From Dehalococcoidia bacterium (GTDB lineage Bacteria; Chloroflexota; Dehalococcoidia; Bin125), in contig CAXXNO010000002.1 of the NCBI GenBank assembly GCA_963663235.2, forward strand, positions 1 to 64,000: a stretch of DNA of 64,000 bases, given 5' to 3'. A model generated the notes under the pieces. That model saw only the letters and a list, made by a program, of their open reading frames with translations. It had not been told where the DNA came from and ran no database searches. The translations under genes and the position numbers were made by a program. Positions 1 to 9,647 of this stretch are shown in pieces (position 1 is the stretch's first letter; every line of letters begins with the position of its first letter).

Positions 1-131
1 GACGAACGACATCATTTCGCGGTACGTGCGCCGAACGCTCTCGGCACGATTTCTGTCGTTCGACAGCTCCCGGAGTGTCCAACAGGCCCTGACGAGCATC
101 TGCCTAACGTCCGAGGCGGATAGTTCGTCCC

Positions 132-344
132 TCATAGGGCTCGGGGCTTTCTCGGCCCCCAAGCCCGCGGCCGCTCCAGCCGGTCGAGCACCGATTTCTT
201 GAAGAGCTTCCGGCGTCGGTCCTTGGGGTCGGTACGGAAGGGAATCAAGCCGCGCGCGACGGCGTGCTTCCAGATGGTTTGGCGTGTCACGCCGAGGTAC
301 TCGGCTGCCTCGACCAGCGTGAGTTCGGAACGTGGCCCGCTCAT
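132..344 (-). CDS. Excisionase-like helix-turn-helix protein (HTH_17/MerR-like Xis)
   Basis: 70 aa with 'LTLVEAAEYLGVTRQTIWK' HTH typical of Xis-family proteins; lies just downstream of a tRNA 3' end; TAGAAT -10 six nt before the ATG. Confidence 0.75.
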   Translation of the reverse strand: MSGPRSELTLVEAAEYLGVTRQTIWKHAVARGLIPFRTDPKDRRRKLFKKSVLDRLERPRAWGPRKPRAL

Positions 345-483
345 GCGACCATTCTAGAGCAACCACGTTCAGAGGCGGACGACCGTTTACATGTGTGCTA
401 GGCTGCGCGCATCGGCGAGCAGCCCCGCGCAGGGGCAATCAAGGCGAGATGCCTGACGCCGGTGCGATGGCCGCATTTGGCTG

Positions 484-502
484 TGTAGCCAAGTTGTAGC
501 CA
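484..502. repeat. Direct repeat TGTAGCCA x2 (11-bp period), candidate integrase arm-type sites
   Basis: TGTAGCCA at 484-491 and 495-502, ~90 bp from the tRNA CCA end. Confidence 0.5.
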
Positions 503-588
503 GTTGGGTGGAGCAGGGCAGCACGGAAGCGGGGAGGCGAGCGTGATGGAGGTGCCGGTTTCGGCCTGGAAAACACGGGTCAAACAGC

Positions 589-664
589 TGGTACCCCCGG
601 CAGGACTCGAACCCGCGCTTCCGGCTCCGGAGGCCGGCGCTCTATCCAGCTGAGCTACGGGGGC
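589..664 (-). tRNA. tRNA-Arg(CCG)
   Basis: Reverse complement GCCCCCGTAGCTCAGCTGGATAGAGCGCCGGCCTCCGGAGCCGGAAGCGCGGGTTCGAGTCCTGCCGGGGGTACCA; cloverleaf, anticodon CCG, encoded CCA. Confidence 0.97.
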
Positions 665-732
665 GTGCGCGACACGTCGATGGTACACCGCCACGGGCGC
701 TGGCCGGAGCGGCCGCAGGCAGACCGAGCGGG

Positions 733-1113
733 CTAGTCCGTCATCCATTCGCCGCCCGCCTTCACCTGGTAGAGCTCCAGCAGAAGCCCGTCCGGCGCTT
801 CACACATGGTGTAGCGGAAGGCCGGCTCGTCGCGGATCCCTTTGGGAAAGCGCAGGCCCCGTTCCTCCATGTGCGCCACCAAGGCATCGAGGTCATCAGT
901 GTGAATGCCCAAGTGGTGGACGATCTGGCGGCCGGGGCCGCGGGGCGGCTGCGCGTAGACGTGAATTGCGCCGCCGCCGATGTCGACGCGGACGTTGCGC
1001 CGTCCGACGAGGTCCGTGTCGTAGACCAACCGCCCGCCGAACATGGTGATGAAGAACTCCACCGTGCGATCGACATCGGAGGCGAAGATGTGCGCGTGGT
1101 CCAGTCGGTTCAT
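733..1113 (-). CDS. VOC/glyoxalase family protein
   Basis: 'LDHAHIFASDVDRTVEFF', 'HHLGIHTDDLDA', 'EAPDGLLLELYQ'; SD GAAGGGAG before ATG 1113. Confidence 0.85.
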   Translation of the reverse strand: MNRLDHAHIFASDVDRTVEFFITMFGGRLVYDTDLVGRRNVRVDIGGGAIHVYAQPPRGPGRQIVHHLGIHTDDLDALVAHMEERGLRFPKGIRDEPAFRYTMCEAPDGLLLELYQVKAGGEWMTD

Positions 1114-1153
1114 CGTCCGGCCGCTCCCTTCGTCCGACACGGCAAGCCCGGCC

Positions 1154-2692
1154 TCATTGGTCGCCGCCGCGCCGGCGGTACTGCACCGCCTCGGCGACCT
1201 GCGCCGCCTCGATCCGATCCGTCTGCGCGAGGTCGGCGATGGTGCGCGCCACCTTGAGCACGCGATGGAAGGAGCGCGCGGAGAGCGAGAGTTGCGCCAT
1301 GGCCATCCGCAGCAAGGAAGCCGCCTCCGGGGCCAGACGCTCCTGGCAGTGCTCCCGGACCAGCCGGGGCGTCATCCCGGCGTTGACGGTGGGACCGCCG
1401 GGGCCGAAGCGGCCGTATTGGAGCGATCGCGCGCTGCAGACCCGCTCGCGCACCGCAGCGGACGGCTCCGTGGCGGAGGTGGCGGCCAGTTTCTCGTACT
1501 CCACCCGCGGCACCTCGGCGAAGATGTCGATGCGATCGAGCATCGGGCCGGAGATGCGACGTTGATATCGCAGCACGGCACCCGCGGAGCAGGTGCAGGC
1601 CTTGGTCGCATCGCCGTAGAAGCCGCAGGGGCAGGGGTTCATCGCCGCCACGAGCATGAAGCGGGCCGGGAAGGTGATGGCCGCCTGCGCCCGCGCGATG
1701 GTCACCTGGTGATCCTCCAGCGGCTGCCGCAACGCCTCCAGCGTCGCGAGGCCGAACTCCGGGAGCTCGTCCAGGAAGAGGACGCCGTGGTGGCTGAGGC
1801 TGATTTCGCCCGGCCGCGGCTTGCGACCACCCCCGACCAAGCCGGCGTTGGAGATGGTATGGTGCGGCGCGCGAAACGGCCGTTGCCGCATCAAGGAGCC
1901 GCCTTCGCGGAGGGTCCCGCTGACGCTGTAGATCTTAGTGACCTCCAGCGCCTCCTCGCCGTTGAGTGGCGGCAGGATGCCGGGGATGGCGCGCGCCAGC
2001 AGCGTCTTGCCGGCGCCGGGCGGCCCGCTCATCAACACGTTGTGCCCGCCGGCCGCTCCCACCTCGATCGCGCGCTTGACGTGCTCTTGCCCGCGGACAT
2101 CGCTGAAATCGACCTCCAGAACCGTCACCGCATCCGCCGGGGGTGGGAGCGTCGCCCGATCAAGCAATGGGAGCGGGGCGTGGGCGCGGGCGCCTTCGAT
2201 GAAGTCTCGCAGCGAGGCGATCGGCTGGATCTCGGGCCCCTCGATCAGCGCGGCTTCCGGGGCGTCGACGTCGGCGAGCGCCAGCCGCCGGAAGCCCTCG
2301 TCGCGCACCATGGCCGCCACCGGCAAGGCGCCCGGGACATGGCGGAGGTCGCCGTTGAGGGCCAACTCGCCCAGGAACACGGCGCCCTCCGCGATGTGGG
2401 GCGGGACCTGTCCGGAGGCGATGAGGATCCCGATCGCGATCGGCAAGTCGTAGCCGGCGCCCTCCTTGCGGAGGTCGGCGGGGGCGAGGTTCACCGTGAT
2501 GCGTTTGCCGGGAAAGGTGGCGCCGGCGTTGCGGATCGCCGCGCGCACGCGCTCCTTTGCCTCCTGGACGGCGGCGTCCGGCAGGCCGACGACGCTGAAC
2601 GCCGGGAGACCGGCGGGCGCAATGTCCACCTCGACGCTCACCGGTGCGCCGTTCAGCCCTACCACAGCGCACCCGGAGACCCTGGCGAGCAT
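1154..2692 (-). CDS. comM: YifB/ComM family Mg-chelatase-like AAA+ ATPase (competence helicase)
   Basis: 'VVGLPDAAVQEAKERV', 'ITVNLAPADLRKEG', Walker A GPPGAGKT, 'FRAPHHTIS', 'LFLDELPEF', 'NPCPCG'; real start at MLARVSG (upstream part of the listed ORF is a shadow of rel). Confidence 0.92.
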   Translation of the reverse strand: MLARVSGCAVVGLNGAPVSVEVDIAPAGLPAFSVVGLPDAAVQEAKERVRAAIRNAGATFPGKRITVNLAPADLRKEGAGYDLPIAIGILIASGQVPPHIAEGAVFLGELALNGDLRHVPGALPVAAMVRDEGFRRLALADVDAPEAALIEGPEIQPIASLRDFIEGARAHAPLPLLDRATLPPPADAVTVLEVDFSDVRGQEHVKRAIEVGAAGGHNVLMSGPPGAGKTLLARAIPGILPPLNGEEALEVTKIYSVSGTLREGGSLMRQRPFRAPHHTISNAGLVGGGRKPRPGEISLSHHGVLFLDELPEFGLATLEALRQPLEDHQVTIARAQAAITFPARFMLVAAMNPCPCGFYGDATKACTCSAGAVLRYQRRISGPMLDRIDIFAEVPRVEYEKLAATSATEPSAAVRERVCSARSLQYGRFGPGGPTVNAGMTPRLVREHCQERLAPEAASLLRMAMAQLSLSARSFHRVLKVARTIADLAQTDRIEAAQVAEAVQYRRRGGDQ

Positions 2693-2748
2693 TGCAGGCA
2701 TGGTACCGCCCGGCTCGGCGGGCAGGAACCACCGGCGCGGTGCGCCGC

Positions 2749-4947
2749 TTAGCGTTCCCGGTCCACGCTCAGGACGCTGCGCACAGCCTCCACCTTGGTC
2801 ATGACGCGTTGAAGCTGGGCGAAGCCATCGGTTTCGATCGCGACGGAGACGGTTACCCGTCCGTCGCGGGATTCCGTGGTGCGCAGCCCGACCATGTTCA
2901 CGCCCTCGTCGGCGACGATGGTGGAGATGTCGCGCACGAAGCCGATGCGGTCCCAGCCCTCGATGCGGATCTGGGATGCGTAGTGCGAACCGGGCGCCCG
3001 CCCCCACTCCACATCCACCAGGCGCTCGCGCTCGACGGAGTTGACCACGCTGTGGCAGTCGCTGCGGTGGACGGTGACGCCGCGGCTGCGGGTGATGTAC
3101 CCGGCGATCGGATCGCCGGGTACCGGGTGGCAGCAATTGGCGAAGCGGGTGAGCACGTTGCGCGCCCCCAGGACGTGCACGCCGGTGGCGTCCCGCTCCG
3201 GCAGCGGCTGGGCCAGCGGCACCGCTCCGGGCGGGATCTCGTCCGCGACCATCAAGTTGGCCAACTTCAGGGCGAGTTGGTAGGCGGAGGCCTCGCCGAT
3301 GCCAACGGCCTGGGCCACGTCGTCCAGCGTGTCGTAGGGCAGCATCTCCAGCAGCGGCTCTTCGACCTCCGCTTGGCGCAGGTTGAGCCGGCGCAGCTCC
3401 TTCTCCAGCATCTCGCGCCCGCGCGCGATGTTCTCGTGGCGCTCCTGGCGGCGGAACCACTGGCGAACCTTGGCGAGCGCGTGCTGGGTTTTGAGGTAGC
3501 CCAGGGCCGGGTTGAGCCAATCGCGACTGGGGCCGTGGGAGGTGCGGCTGGTGACGATCTCCACGACGTCGCCGGTGTGCAGGGGCGTCGATAGCGCGAC
3601 GAGGCGGCCGTGGACCTTGGCGCCCACGCAGGAATAGCCGATCTCCGTGTGGATGCGGAAGGCGAAGTCCAGCGGCGTGGCGCCCGCGGGCAGGTCCTTG
3701 ACCTCGCCTTTGGGGGTGAACACGTAGACCTGATCCTGAAAGATGTCGGATTTGAGTGTCGCCACGAACTCCGCCGCGCCCGGCAGATCGCGCTGCCACT
3801 CCAGCAACTGCTTCAACCAGGCGAGCCGTTCACGGTCCGGGCGGCCGGCGGCGCCCTCTTTGTAGCTCCAGTGCACGGCGACGCCGAACTCGGCGTCACG
3901 GTCCATCTCGGCGGTCCGGATCTGCACCTCCAGCGGGCGGGTGCCCTCCCAGTAGACCGTGGTGTGCAGCGACTGGTAGCCGTTGGGCTTGGGGTTGCCG
4001 ATGTAGTCATCGAACTGACCCGTGATCGGGCGCCAGAGGCTGTGCACGATGCCGAGGACGTTGTAGCAATCCTCCGGGCGATCGACGAGCACGCGGAGCG
4101 CCAGCAGGTCGTAGATATCACTGAACGAAAGGCCCTGCGCCGCGTACTTCTGCACCTTCTGATGGATTGAGTGGATGTTCTTGACGCGTCCCGTGACCTC
4201 CGCGGAGATGCCCTGCGCCGCCAGCGCGTCCTTCAGCTTGCGTTGCAGTTGATCCACGTAGCGCTCGCGGGTGGAGCGACGGCCCGCCACCAACCCAGTG
4301 ATGCGCTGGTACTCGTCCGGATCCAGATAGCGGAAGCCCAGGTCTTCCAGTTGCCACTTGAGCTGCCAGATCCCCAGTCGCGCGGCCAAGGGCGCATAGA
4401 TCTCCATCGTCTCCTGGGCAACCTGCCGCTGTTTCTCGGCCGGCAGTGCATCAAGCGTGCGCATGTTGTGGAGGCGATCCGCGAGCTTCACGATCACGAC
4501 GCGCACGTCCTCCGCCATCGCGACGAACATCCGGCGCAGGTTCTCGGCCTGGACCGCTTCTTCGCCGGGCCGTTCGCTGGGGCTGCCCCATTCGATCGCG
4601 CCCAGCTTGGTCACGCCGTCCACGAGCCGGGCGACCTCCTGGCCGAACTCGGCGACCAGTTGCGCATCGGTGACGCCGCAGTCCTCCTTGACGTCGTGGA
4701 GGAGCGCGGCCTGCACGGTGGCGAGGTCCAGTTGCAACTCGGCGCAGGAGAGGGCGGCCGAGAGCGGATGCACGATGTAAGGATCGCCGGTGAGCCGCTT
4801 CTGGTCGCCGTGCGCCCGCTCGGCGAAGGCGTGGGCGCGGCGGACGACCTCAATCTCTTGGTCGGTCACATAGCGGGCCAGCGCCTGGCTCAGCGCCTCG
4901 ATAGTCGGATGCGCCGCCGCAGTCTGGCTCTCGGCATCGGCGACCAT
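2749..4947 (-). CDS. rel: Bifunctional (p)ppGpp synthetase/hydrolase (long RSH, Rel)
   Basis: HD hydrolase 'LLHDVKED', 'KLADRLHNMRTL', 'YQSLHT', 'EVQIRT', TGS 'VYVFTPKG', ZFD 'CCHPVPGD', C-terminal ACT. Confidence 0.95.
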   Translation of the reverse strand: MVADAESQTAAAHPTIEALSQALARYVTDQEIEVVRRAHAFAERAHGDQKRLTGDPYIVHPLSAALSCAELQLDLATVQAALLHDVKEDCGVTDAQLVAEFGQEVARLVDGVTKLGAIEWGSPSERPGEEAVQAENLRRMFVAMAEDVRVVIVKLADRLHNMRTLDALPAEKQRQVAQETMEIYAPLAARLGIWQLKWQLEDLGFRYLDPDEYQRITGLVAGRRSTRERYVDQLQRKLKDALAAQGISAEVTGRVKNIHSIHQKVQKYAAQGLSFSDIYDLLALRVLVDRPEDCYNVLGIVHSLWRPITGQFDDYIGNPKPNGYQSLHTTVYWEGTRPLEVQIRTAEMDRDAEFGVAVHWSYKEGAAGRPDRERLAWLKQLLEWQRDLPGAAEFVATLKSDIFQDQVYVFTPKGEVKDLPAGATPLDFAFRIHTEIGYSCVGAKVHGRLVALSTPLHTGDVVEIVTSRTSHGPSRDWLNPALGYLKTQHALAKVRQWFRRQERHENIARGREMLEKELRRLNLRQAEVEEPLLEMLPYDTLDDVAQAVGIGEASAYQLALKLANLMVADEIPPGAVPLAQPLPERDATGVHVLGARNVLTRFANCCHPVPGDPIAGYITRSRGVTVHRSDCHSVVNSVERERLVDVEWGRAPGSHYASQIRIEGWDRIGFVRDISTIVADEGVNMVGLRTTESRDGRVTVSVAIETDGFAQLQRVMTKVEAVRSVLSVDRER

Positions 4948-5043
4948 GCCTTCAGTGTAGCGCGGGCCGTGTCGTGTGAGTTTGCTTCCGTCGCGCCGAC
5001 CCCGCCCGTACGATGGCAGGAAGCGCGAAGCGAGGAGGGTCTG

Positions 5044-6438
5044 GTGTTTCAAGCGCCCCGCGGCACCCGCGACGTCTTGCCTGCCGACGAAGCGGTGCGG
5101 CGCCTCATCGTCGCAACGGCCCAAGGGCTGGCCGAGCTAGCGGGCTACGGCGGCATCGAGCCGCCTACGTTCGAGCAGGCGGAACTATTCATCCGCAGCG
5201 TGGGCGCGGGCACCGACATCGTCGAGAAAGAGATGTACGTGTTCGAGGATCGCGGCGGGGACCGCCTGGCGTTGCGTCCGGAGGGAACGGCGTCCGTGTG
5301 CCGCGCCTACCTCCAGCACGGCCTGGCCAACGAGCCGCAGCCCGTGAAGCTCTTCTACCACCTGCCGATCTTCCGCTACGAGCGCCCCCAGGCGGGGCGC
5401 TTTCGCCAGCACACGCAGTTCGGGCTGGAGGCGATCGGCGTGCGCGACCCGGCGCTCGACGCCGAGGTGATGGAGCTGGCCTGGCGCATCCCGCACGCCC
5501 TGGGCCTCTCCGACCTCACCCTGCTCCTCAACAGCATCGGCGACCGGGAAGACCGCAGCGCGTACATCCCCCTCCTGCGGGAGCATTTCGCGCCGCACCG
5601 GGAGCAGTTGTGTGACGACTGTCGCGCCCGCTTCGACCGGGCGCCCTTGCGCCTACTCGACTGCAAGAACGAGGCCTGCCGCCCCTATCGGGAGGGGGCG
5701 CCGCTGATCAGCGAGCATCTGCGGCCGGAATCCGCCGCCTACTACGAGGAGGTCAAGGGCGCACTGGACGCCGTGGCGATCCCCTTCGTGGAGCGGCCGA
5801 CGCTCGTGCGCGGCCTGGATTACTACACGCATACGGTGTTCGAGATCGAGCCGCCCGGCGACAGATCGCAGGGCACGTTGGTCGCCGGCGGCCGCTACGA
5901 CGGCTTGATCGAGGAGTTGGGCGGCCCCGCCACGCCGGGGATCGGCTTCGGGATGGGCATCGAACGGCTGGTCCTCCAGCTTCGGGAGCGGGGCCTGACG
6001 CCGGCGGCGCGAACGGGCCCGCCGGTGCTCGTGCTGGTCCTGGGAGCGGAGGCGCGGCGCCCGGCCCTGGAGATTGCCTCCAAGTTACGGCGGGAAGGGA
6101 TCGGCGCGACATTGGTGTTCGGAGAGCGCTCGCTGAAAGCGCAACTGCGCCATGCGGGTCGTTCGGGGGCGCGGATCGCGGTGATCCTGGGCGAGCGCGA
6201 ACTGGCGGCCGGCGAGGCCATGGTGCGAGACCTCAGCAGCGGCGAGCAGCGCGCCGTCCCGTTGGCGCGGGTGCTCCCGGAGCTAACCGAGCGCGACCTT
6301 TATACTGAGCAGTGGGCCGGCTCTGCGGAAGGCATCCGTCGCTCCGAACACCGTGTGGGAACAACTGCGCGCGATCCAGACCCGCTTCGCCAAGATCGAG
6401 GCGGAGATGGCCTCCCCCGAGGTGGCCCGCAACCCTGA
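5044..6438 (+). CDS. hisS: Histidine--tRNA ligase
   Basis: 'FQAPRGTRDVLP', 'LRPEGTASVCRA', 'FRYERPQAGRFRQH', 'VRGLDYY', 'GGRYDGL'; GTG 5044 with SD GAGGAGG; C-terminus runs into prfA. Confidence 0.93.
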   Translation: MFQAPRGTRDVLPADEAVRRLIVATAQGLAELAGYGGIEPPTFEQAELFIRSVGAGTDIVEKEMYVFEDRGGDRLALRPEGTASVCRAYLQHGLANEPQPVKLFYHLPIFRYERPQAGRFRQHTQFGLEAIGVRDPALDAEVMELAWRIPHALGLSDLTLLLNSIGDREDRSAYIPLLREHFAPHREQLCDDCRARFDRAPLRLLDCKNEACRPYREGAPLISEHLRPESAAYYEEVKGALDAVAIPFVERPTLVRGLDYYTHTVFEIEPPGDRSQGTLVAGGRYDGLIEELGGPATPGIGFGMGIERLVLQLRERGLTPAARTGPPVLVLVLGAEARRPALEIASKLRREGIGATLVFGERSLKAQLRHAGRSGARIAVILGERELAAGEAMVRDLSSGEQRAVPLARVLPELTERDLYTEQWAGSAEGIRRSEHRVGTTARDPDPLRQDRGGDGLPRGGPQP

Positions 6439-7426
6439 GCGTCTGCAAGAGTTGGCGCGTGAGCGCGCCCCCCTGGAGCCGCTGGCCGCCCTGGCGGAGG
6501 AGCAGGCGACCCTGGAGCGCGAACTGGCCGATGCGCAGGAGCTCCTGGCCGCAGAGGCGGACGAAGAGATGCAGACGATGTTCCGCCAAGAGGCGGAACG
6601 CCTCAACGAACGGCTGGAGGCGCTAGCGAAGCGCGCCAAGAAGGCGCTGATCCCCAAAGATCCCAACGATGAGCGCAACGTGATCATCGAGATCCGCGCC
6701 GGAGCGGGCGGCGACGAGGCCGCCCTCTGGGCCGCGGACCTCTACCGCGCCTACAACCGCTACGCCGAAGAGCGCGGCTGGCGCATCGATCTCATCGCCG
6801 CCAGCGAGAGCAGTGGCGGCGGCGGCTTCAAGGAGATCACGTTTGAGGTCAAGGGCAAGCGCGCATTCTCCCGCTTCAAGTACGAGAGCGGCGTGCATCG
6901 GGTGCAGCGCGTGCCCAAGACGGAAGCGCAGGGGCGCGTGCATACCTCCACGGCGACGGTGGCGGTGCTGCCCGAAGCGGAGGAGGTGGACGTGAAGATC
7001 AACGAAGCCGACATTCGTGTTGATCGCTTCCACTCGGGAGGCGCCGGTGGCCAGCATGTGAACAAGGTCGAGACGGGCATCCGCATCACCCACCTGCCAA
7101 CGAACATCGCCGTGACCTGCACCGGGGAACGCTCCCAACTGAAGAACCGGCTCAAAGCGATGGGCGTGTTGCGCGCCCGCCTCTACGATCGTGAGCTCCA
7201 GCGCCAGCGCGCCGAGCGGGCGGAGTCGCGCCGCGCGCAGGTTGGGACCGGCGACCGCGCGGAGAAGATCCGCACCTACAACTACGCGGAGAACCGCGTC
7301 TCCGATCATCGTATCGGGCTTACGGTCCACAACCTGCCGGCCGTGCTGGACGGCGCGCTGGACCCGTTGATCGACGCCGTCGCCACGGCCGACGAAGCCA
7401 AGCAGATGGAGCAGCCGGTGGCATGA
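6353..7426 (+). CDS. prfA: Peptide chain release factor 1
   Basis: 'EIRAGAGGDEAAL', PxT motif 'RVPKTE', GGQ 'GAGGQHVNK', 'EKIRTYN'. Confidence 0.96.
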   Translation: MWEQLRAIQTRFAKIEAEMASPEVARNPERLQELARERAPLEPLAALAEEQATLERELADAQELLAAEADEEMQTMFRQEAERLNERLEALAKRAKKALIPKDPNDERNVIIEIRAGAGGDEAALWAADLYRAYNRYAEERGWRIDLIAASESSGGGGFKEITFEVKGKRAFSRFKYESGVHRVQRVPKTEAQGRVHTSTATVAVLPEAEEVDVKINEADIRVDRFHSGGAGGQHVNKVETGIRITHLPTNIAVTCTGERSQLKNRLKAMGVLRARLYDRELQRQRAERAESRRAQVGTGDRAEKIRTYNYAENRVSDHRIGLTVHNLPAVLDGALDPLIDAVATADEAKQMEQPVA

Positions 7427-8292
7427 GCCCGACATCCGTCATCCTCCGCGACGTCTGGATGAACGGCGCCACGCGCCTGAAAGCGGCGGGCATTGAAGAC
7501 GCGCGCTTCGAGGCGGAGGTGCTTCTGCGCCACGCCTGCCATCGCAGCCGGGCTGACCTTTACGCCAACCTGCAGGAGCCCCTGGACGCCGCCGCGCAGC
7601 GCGAGTTCGAAGCGATCCTCGCTCGCCGCTCAGAGCGCGAACCGCTGGCGTACATCACCGGCCATCGCGAGTTCTTCGGCCTCGATCTCCATGTGACACC
7701 GGCCGTGCTCATTCCCCGGCCGGAATCGGAGCTGGTGGTGGAGACGGCCCTAGCAGCGTTGCGGCGGCAGCGCCTGCGCGATGCCTTGGTCGTGGACGTC
7801 GGCACCGGCTCCGGCGCGCTCGGCATCGCCATCGCCAAGAACCGCCGCGGGGTCCGGCTCGTGGGCGTCGACAACTCCCGCGAGGCCCTGGACGTCGCGG
7901 TCGAGAACGCGAATCGGTTGATCCCGCGCGCGCGCCGGTACTGGATCCAAGCGGACCTGCTCACCACGCTGGCCGGCCCCATCGACTGCGTGGTGGCCAA
8001 CCTCCCCTATATTCCCGAGGAGCGGCTCCCGGGGCTGGAACCGGAAGTCGCCGAGCACGAACCGCGAATGGCGCTGGTCACGGCCGACCAGACCGGGTCC
8101 GAGCTGATCCTGCGACTGCTTACGCAACTGGGACGGCGGCTGGGCCCGCGCGGGGTGGCAGCGCTGGAGATCGACCCGGGCCTTCAGGACGAAGTGGCGG
8201 ACGCGGCCCGCCGCCTGATCCCCAACGCCCAGATCGACAGCCTCAAGGACCTCGCGGGTGATCCGCGGGTGGTGCGTATCGTGGCGGGCTAG
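7423..8292 (+). CDS. prmC: Release factor glutamine methyltransferase
   Basis: 'EPLAYITGHREFFG', 'LIPRPESE', 'DVGTGSG', 'ANLPY'; ATGA overlap with prfA. Confidence 0.93.
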   Translation: MSPTSVILRDVWMNGATRLKAAGIEDARFEAEVLLRHACHRSRADLYANLQEPLDAAAQREFEAILARRSEREPLAYITGHREFFGLDLHVTPAVLIPRPESELVVETALAALRRQRLRDALVVDVGTGSGALGIAIAKNRRGVRLVGVDNSREALDVAVENANRLIPRARRYWIQADLLTTLAGPIDCVVANLPYIPEERLPGLEPEVAEHEPRMALVTADQTGSELILRLLTQLGRRLGPRGVAALEIDPGLQDEVADAARRLIPNAQIDSLKDLAGDPRVVRIVAG

Positions 8293-8315
8293 ACGCCGCC
8301 AGCAGGGCACGTGGG

Positions 8316-9452
8316 CTAGGACGACCGCTGGTAGAGCTTGCCCTCGGTCTTGATCGCGGGCGCGATGACCATCTCCGCCTGGTGCATCTCGCGGATATTG
8401 CGCGCGCCGACCATCCCCATGCAGGCGCGCAACGCGCCCACCAGGTTTTCCGTCCCGTCGGTCCGGGCGGTGGGACCGAGCAGCAGCCGGTCCAGGCTGG
8501 TATGCCGTCCGACCTGGACCCGCACGCCGCGCGGCAACTCAGCGTGCGCGGTGGCCATGCCCCAGTGATAGCCGCGTCCCGGAGCTTCCTCCGTGCCGGC
8601 GAACGGTGAACCAAGCATCACCGCGTCCGCCCCCGCCGCAAATGACTTGCAGAGGTCGCCGCCCGTGCGGATGCCGCCGTCGGTGATGATCGGGACGTAA
8701 CGGCCAGTGTCCGCGTAGAACTTGTCCCGCGCGGCCGCGCAGTCGATGGTGGCCGTGACCTGGGGCACGCCGATGCCCAGCACTTCGCGGCTGGTGCAGG
8801 CCGCGCCCGGCCCCACGCCCACCAGCAGCCCGGCGATCCCCTCCTGCAACAACTCCAGCGCACCGTTGTAAGAGACGGTATTGCCCACCAGCACCGGCAT
8901 CGACACCTGCTGCACGAGCTCGTGCAAGACCAGGCCCCGCAGCGAGTGCGAGGTGTAGCGCACGGTGGTGACGGTCGATTGCACCACGAAGAAGTCTGCG
9001 CCGGCGTCGTCGCAGATGGGAGCCAGGCGCTTGGTGCTGGCCGGCGTGGCGGCGACGGCGACAGGGACGCCCGCCTGCTTGATCTCCTGGATCCGCTGGA
9101 CCACCAGGTCGTCCCGGATGGGAGCCTCATATGCCTTCTGCAGCGTGGCCGTTGCGGTCTCGGTATCGACGGCGGCGACGCGCTCAAAGATCTCGTCGGG
9201 CGCATCGAAGCGGCACTGCAGCCCTTCCAAATTGAAGACGGCCAGCCCGCCGCGCCGGCCGATCTCGATGGCCATGCGCGAGTCGACGACGGCGTCCATC
9301 GCAGAGGCGAGAATCGGGATCGCGAAGCTGTGGCCGCCGAGATCCAGATGCACATCGGCCATGGCGGGATTGATAGTGGCCGCGCCGGGCACGATGGCGA
9401 CGTCGTCGAAGCCGTAGGCCTGGCGCAGGTCCTTCAAGTAGGGGACCGACAT
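8316..9452 (-). CDS. GuaB3-family IMP dehydrogenase-related protein
   Basis: '[11 protein letters not shown]', 'ASAMDAV', catalytic '[12 protein letters not shown]', '[11 protein letters not shown]'; no CBS pair; 378 aa. Confidence 0.9.
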   Translation of the reverse strand: MSVPYLKDLRQAYGFDDVAIVPGAATINPAMADVHLDLGGHSFAIPILASAMDAVVDSRMAIEIGRRGGLAVFNLEGLQCRFDAPDEIFERVAAVDTETATATLQKAYEAPIRDDLVVQRIQEIKQAGVPVAVAATPASTKRLAPICDDAGADFFVVQSTVTTVRYTSHSLRGLVLHELVQQVSMPVLVGNTVSYNGALELLQEGIAGLLVGVGPGAACTSREVLGIGVPQVTATIDCAAARDKFYADTGRYVPIITDGGIRTGGDLCKSFAAGADAVMLGSPFAGTEEAPGRGYHWGMATAHAELPRGVRVQVGRHTSLDRLLLGPTARTDGTENLVGALRACMGMVGARNIREMHQAEMVIAPAIKTEGKLYQRSS

Positions 9453-9495
9453 TTCGGGCTCTCCTCGATCGCTGCAGCCGTGCGGCCGTCCGCTT

Positions 9496-9526
9496 AAACA
9501 GAACCGCGCGGCAACGGGCCGCGCGG
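9496..9526 (-). terminator. Intrinsic terminator inside the guaB3 leader
   Basis: Minus strand CCGCGCGGC-CCGTT-GCCGCGCGG (9-bp GC stem) followed by TTCTGTTT, ~45 nt before the guaB3 start. Confidence 0.75.
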
Positions 9527-9641
9527 GCGCTCGGAGACTACCAGGCTCCAGTTACAGGTCCACGTGGGCGCATCACTCAACCATCTCGGGGTACCGTTGC
9601 TCCATTAGTGGTGGCGTCAGTGGGCCAATCCTTCGTGGATT
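9496..9641 (-). ncRNA. Candidate cis-regulatory RNA (riboswitch/attenuator) upstream of guaB3
   Basis: Long non-coding leader between promoter and terminator with several hairpins and an alternative GCAACGG/CCGUUGC pairing. Confidence 0.55.
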
Positions 9642-9647
9642 GGGGGA

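Larger units (their letters stand above)
1..588. mobile_element. Probable end of an integrative element/prophage inserted at the tRNA-Arg 3' end (continues left of window)
   Basis: Xis-like gene plus tandem TGTAGCCA repeats directly 3' of the tRNA; integrase not visible in window. Confidence 0.45.

Noticed and set aside
1-123. Possible 3' end of a + strand gene ending at TAG 121-123
   Set aside because: Only 40 codons visible and no motif; cannot be supported
398-748. 116-aa ORF spanning the tRNA-Arg
   Set aside because: Translation of tRNA sequence ('APVAQLDRA...'); not a protein
2693-3799. Apparent 369-aa N-terminal extension of ComM (881-aa ORF)
   Set aside because: Out-of-frame overlap with rel; low complexity; a -10 box and ATG at 2692 give the normal ComM start
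9540-9641. Assigning the guaB3 leader to SAM-I, cobalamin, 6S or purine riboswitch families
   Set aside because: Only short partial echoes; core conserved elements of each family not found by eye; left unassigned pending an Rfam search
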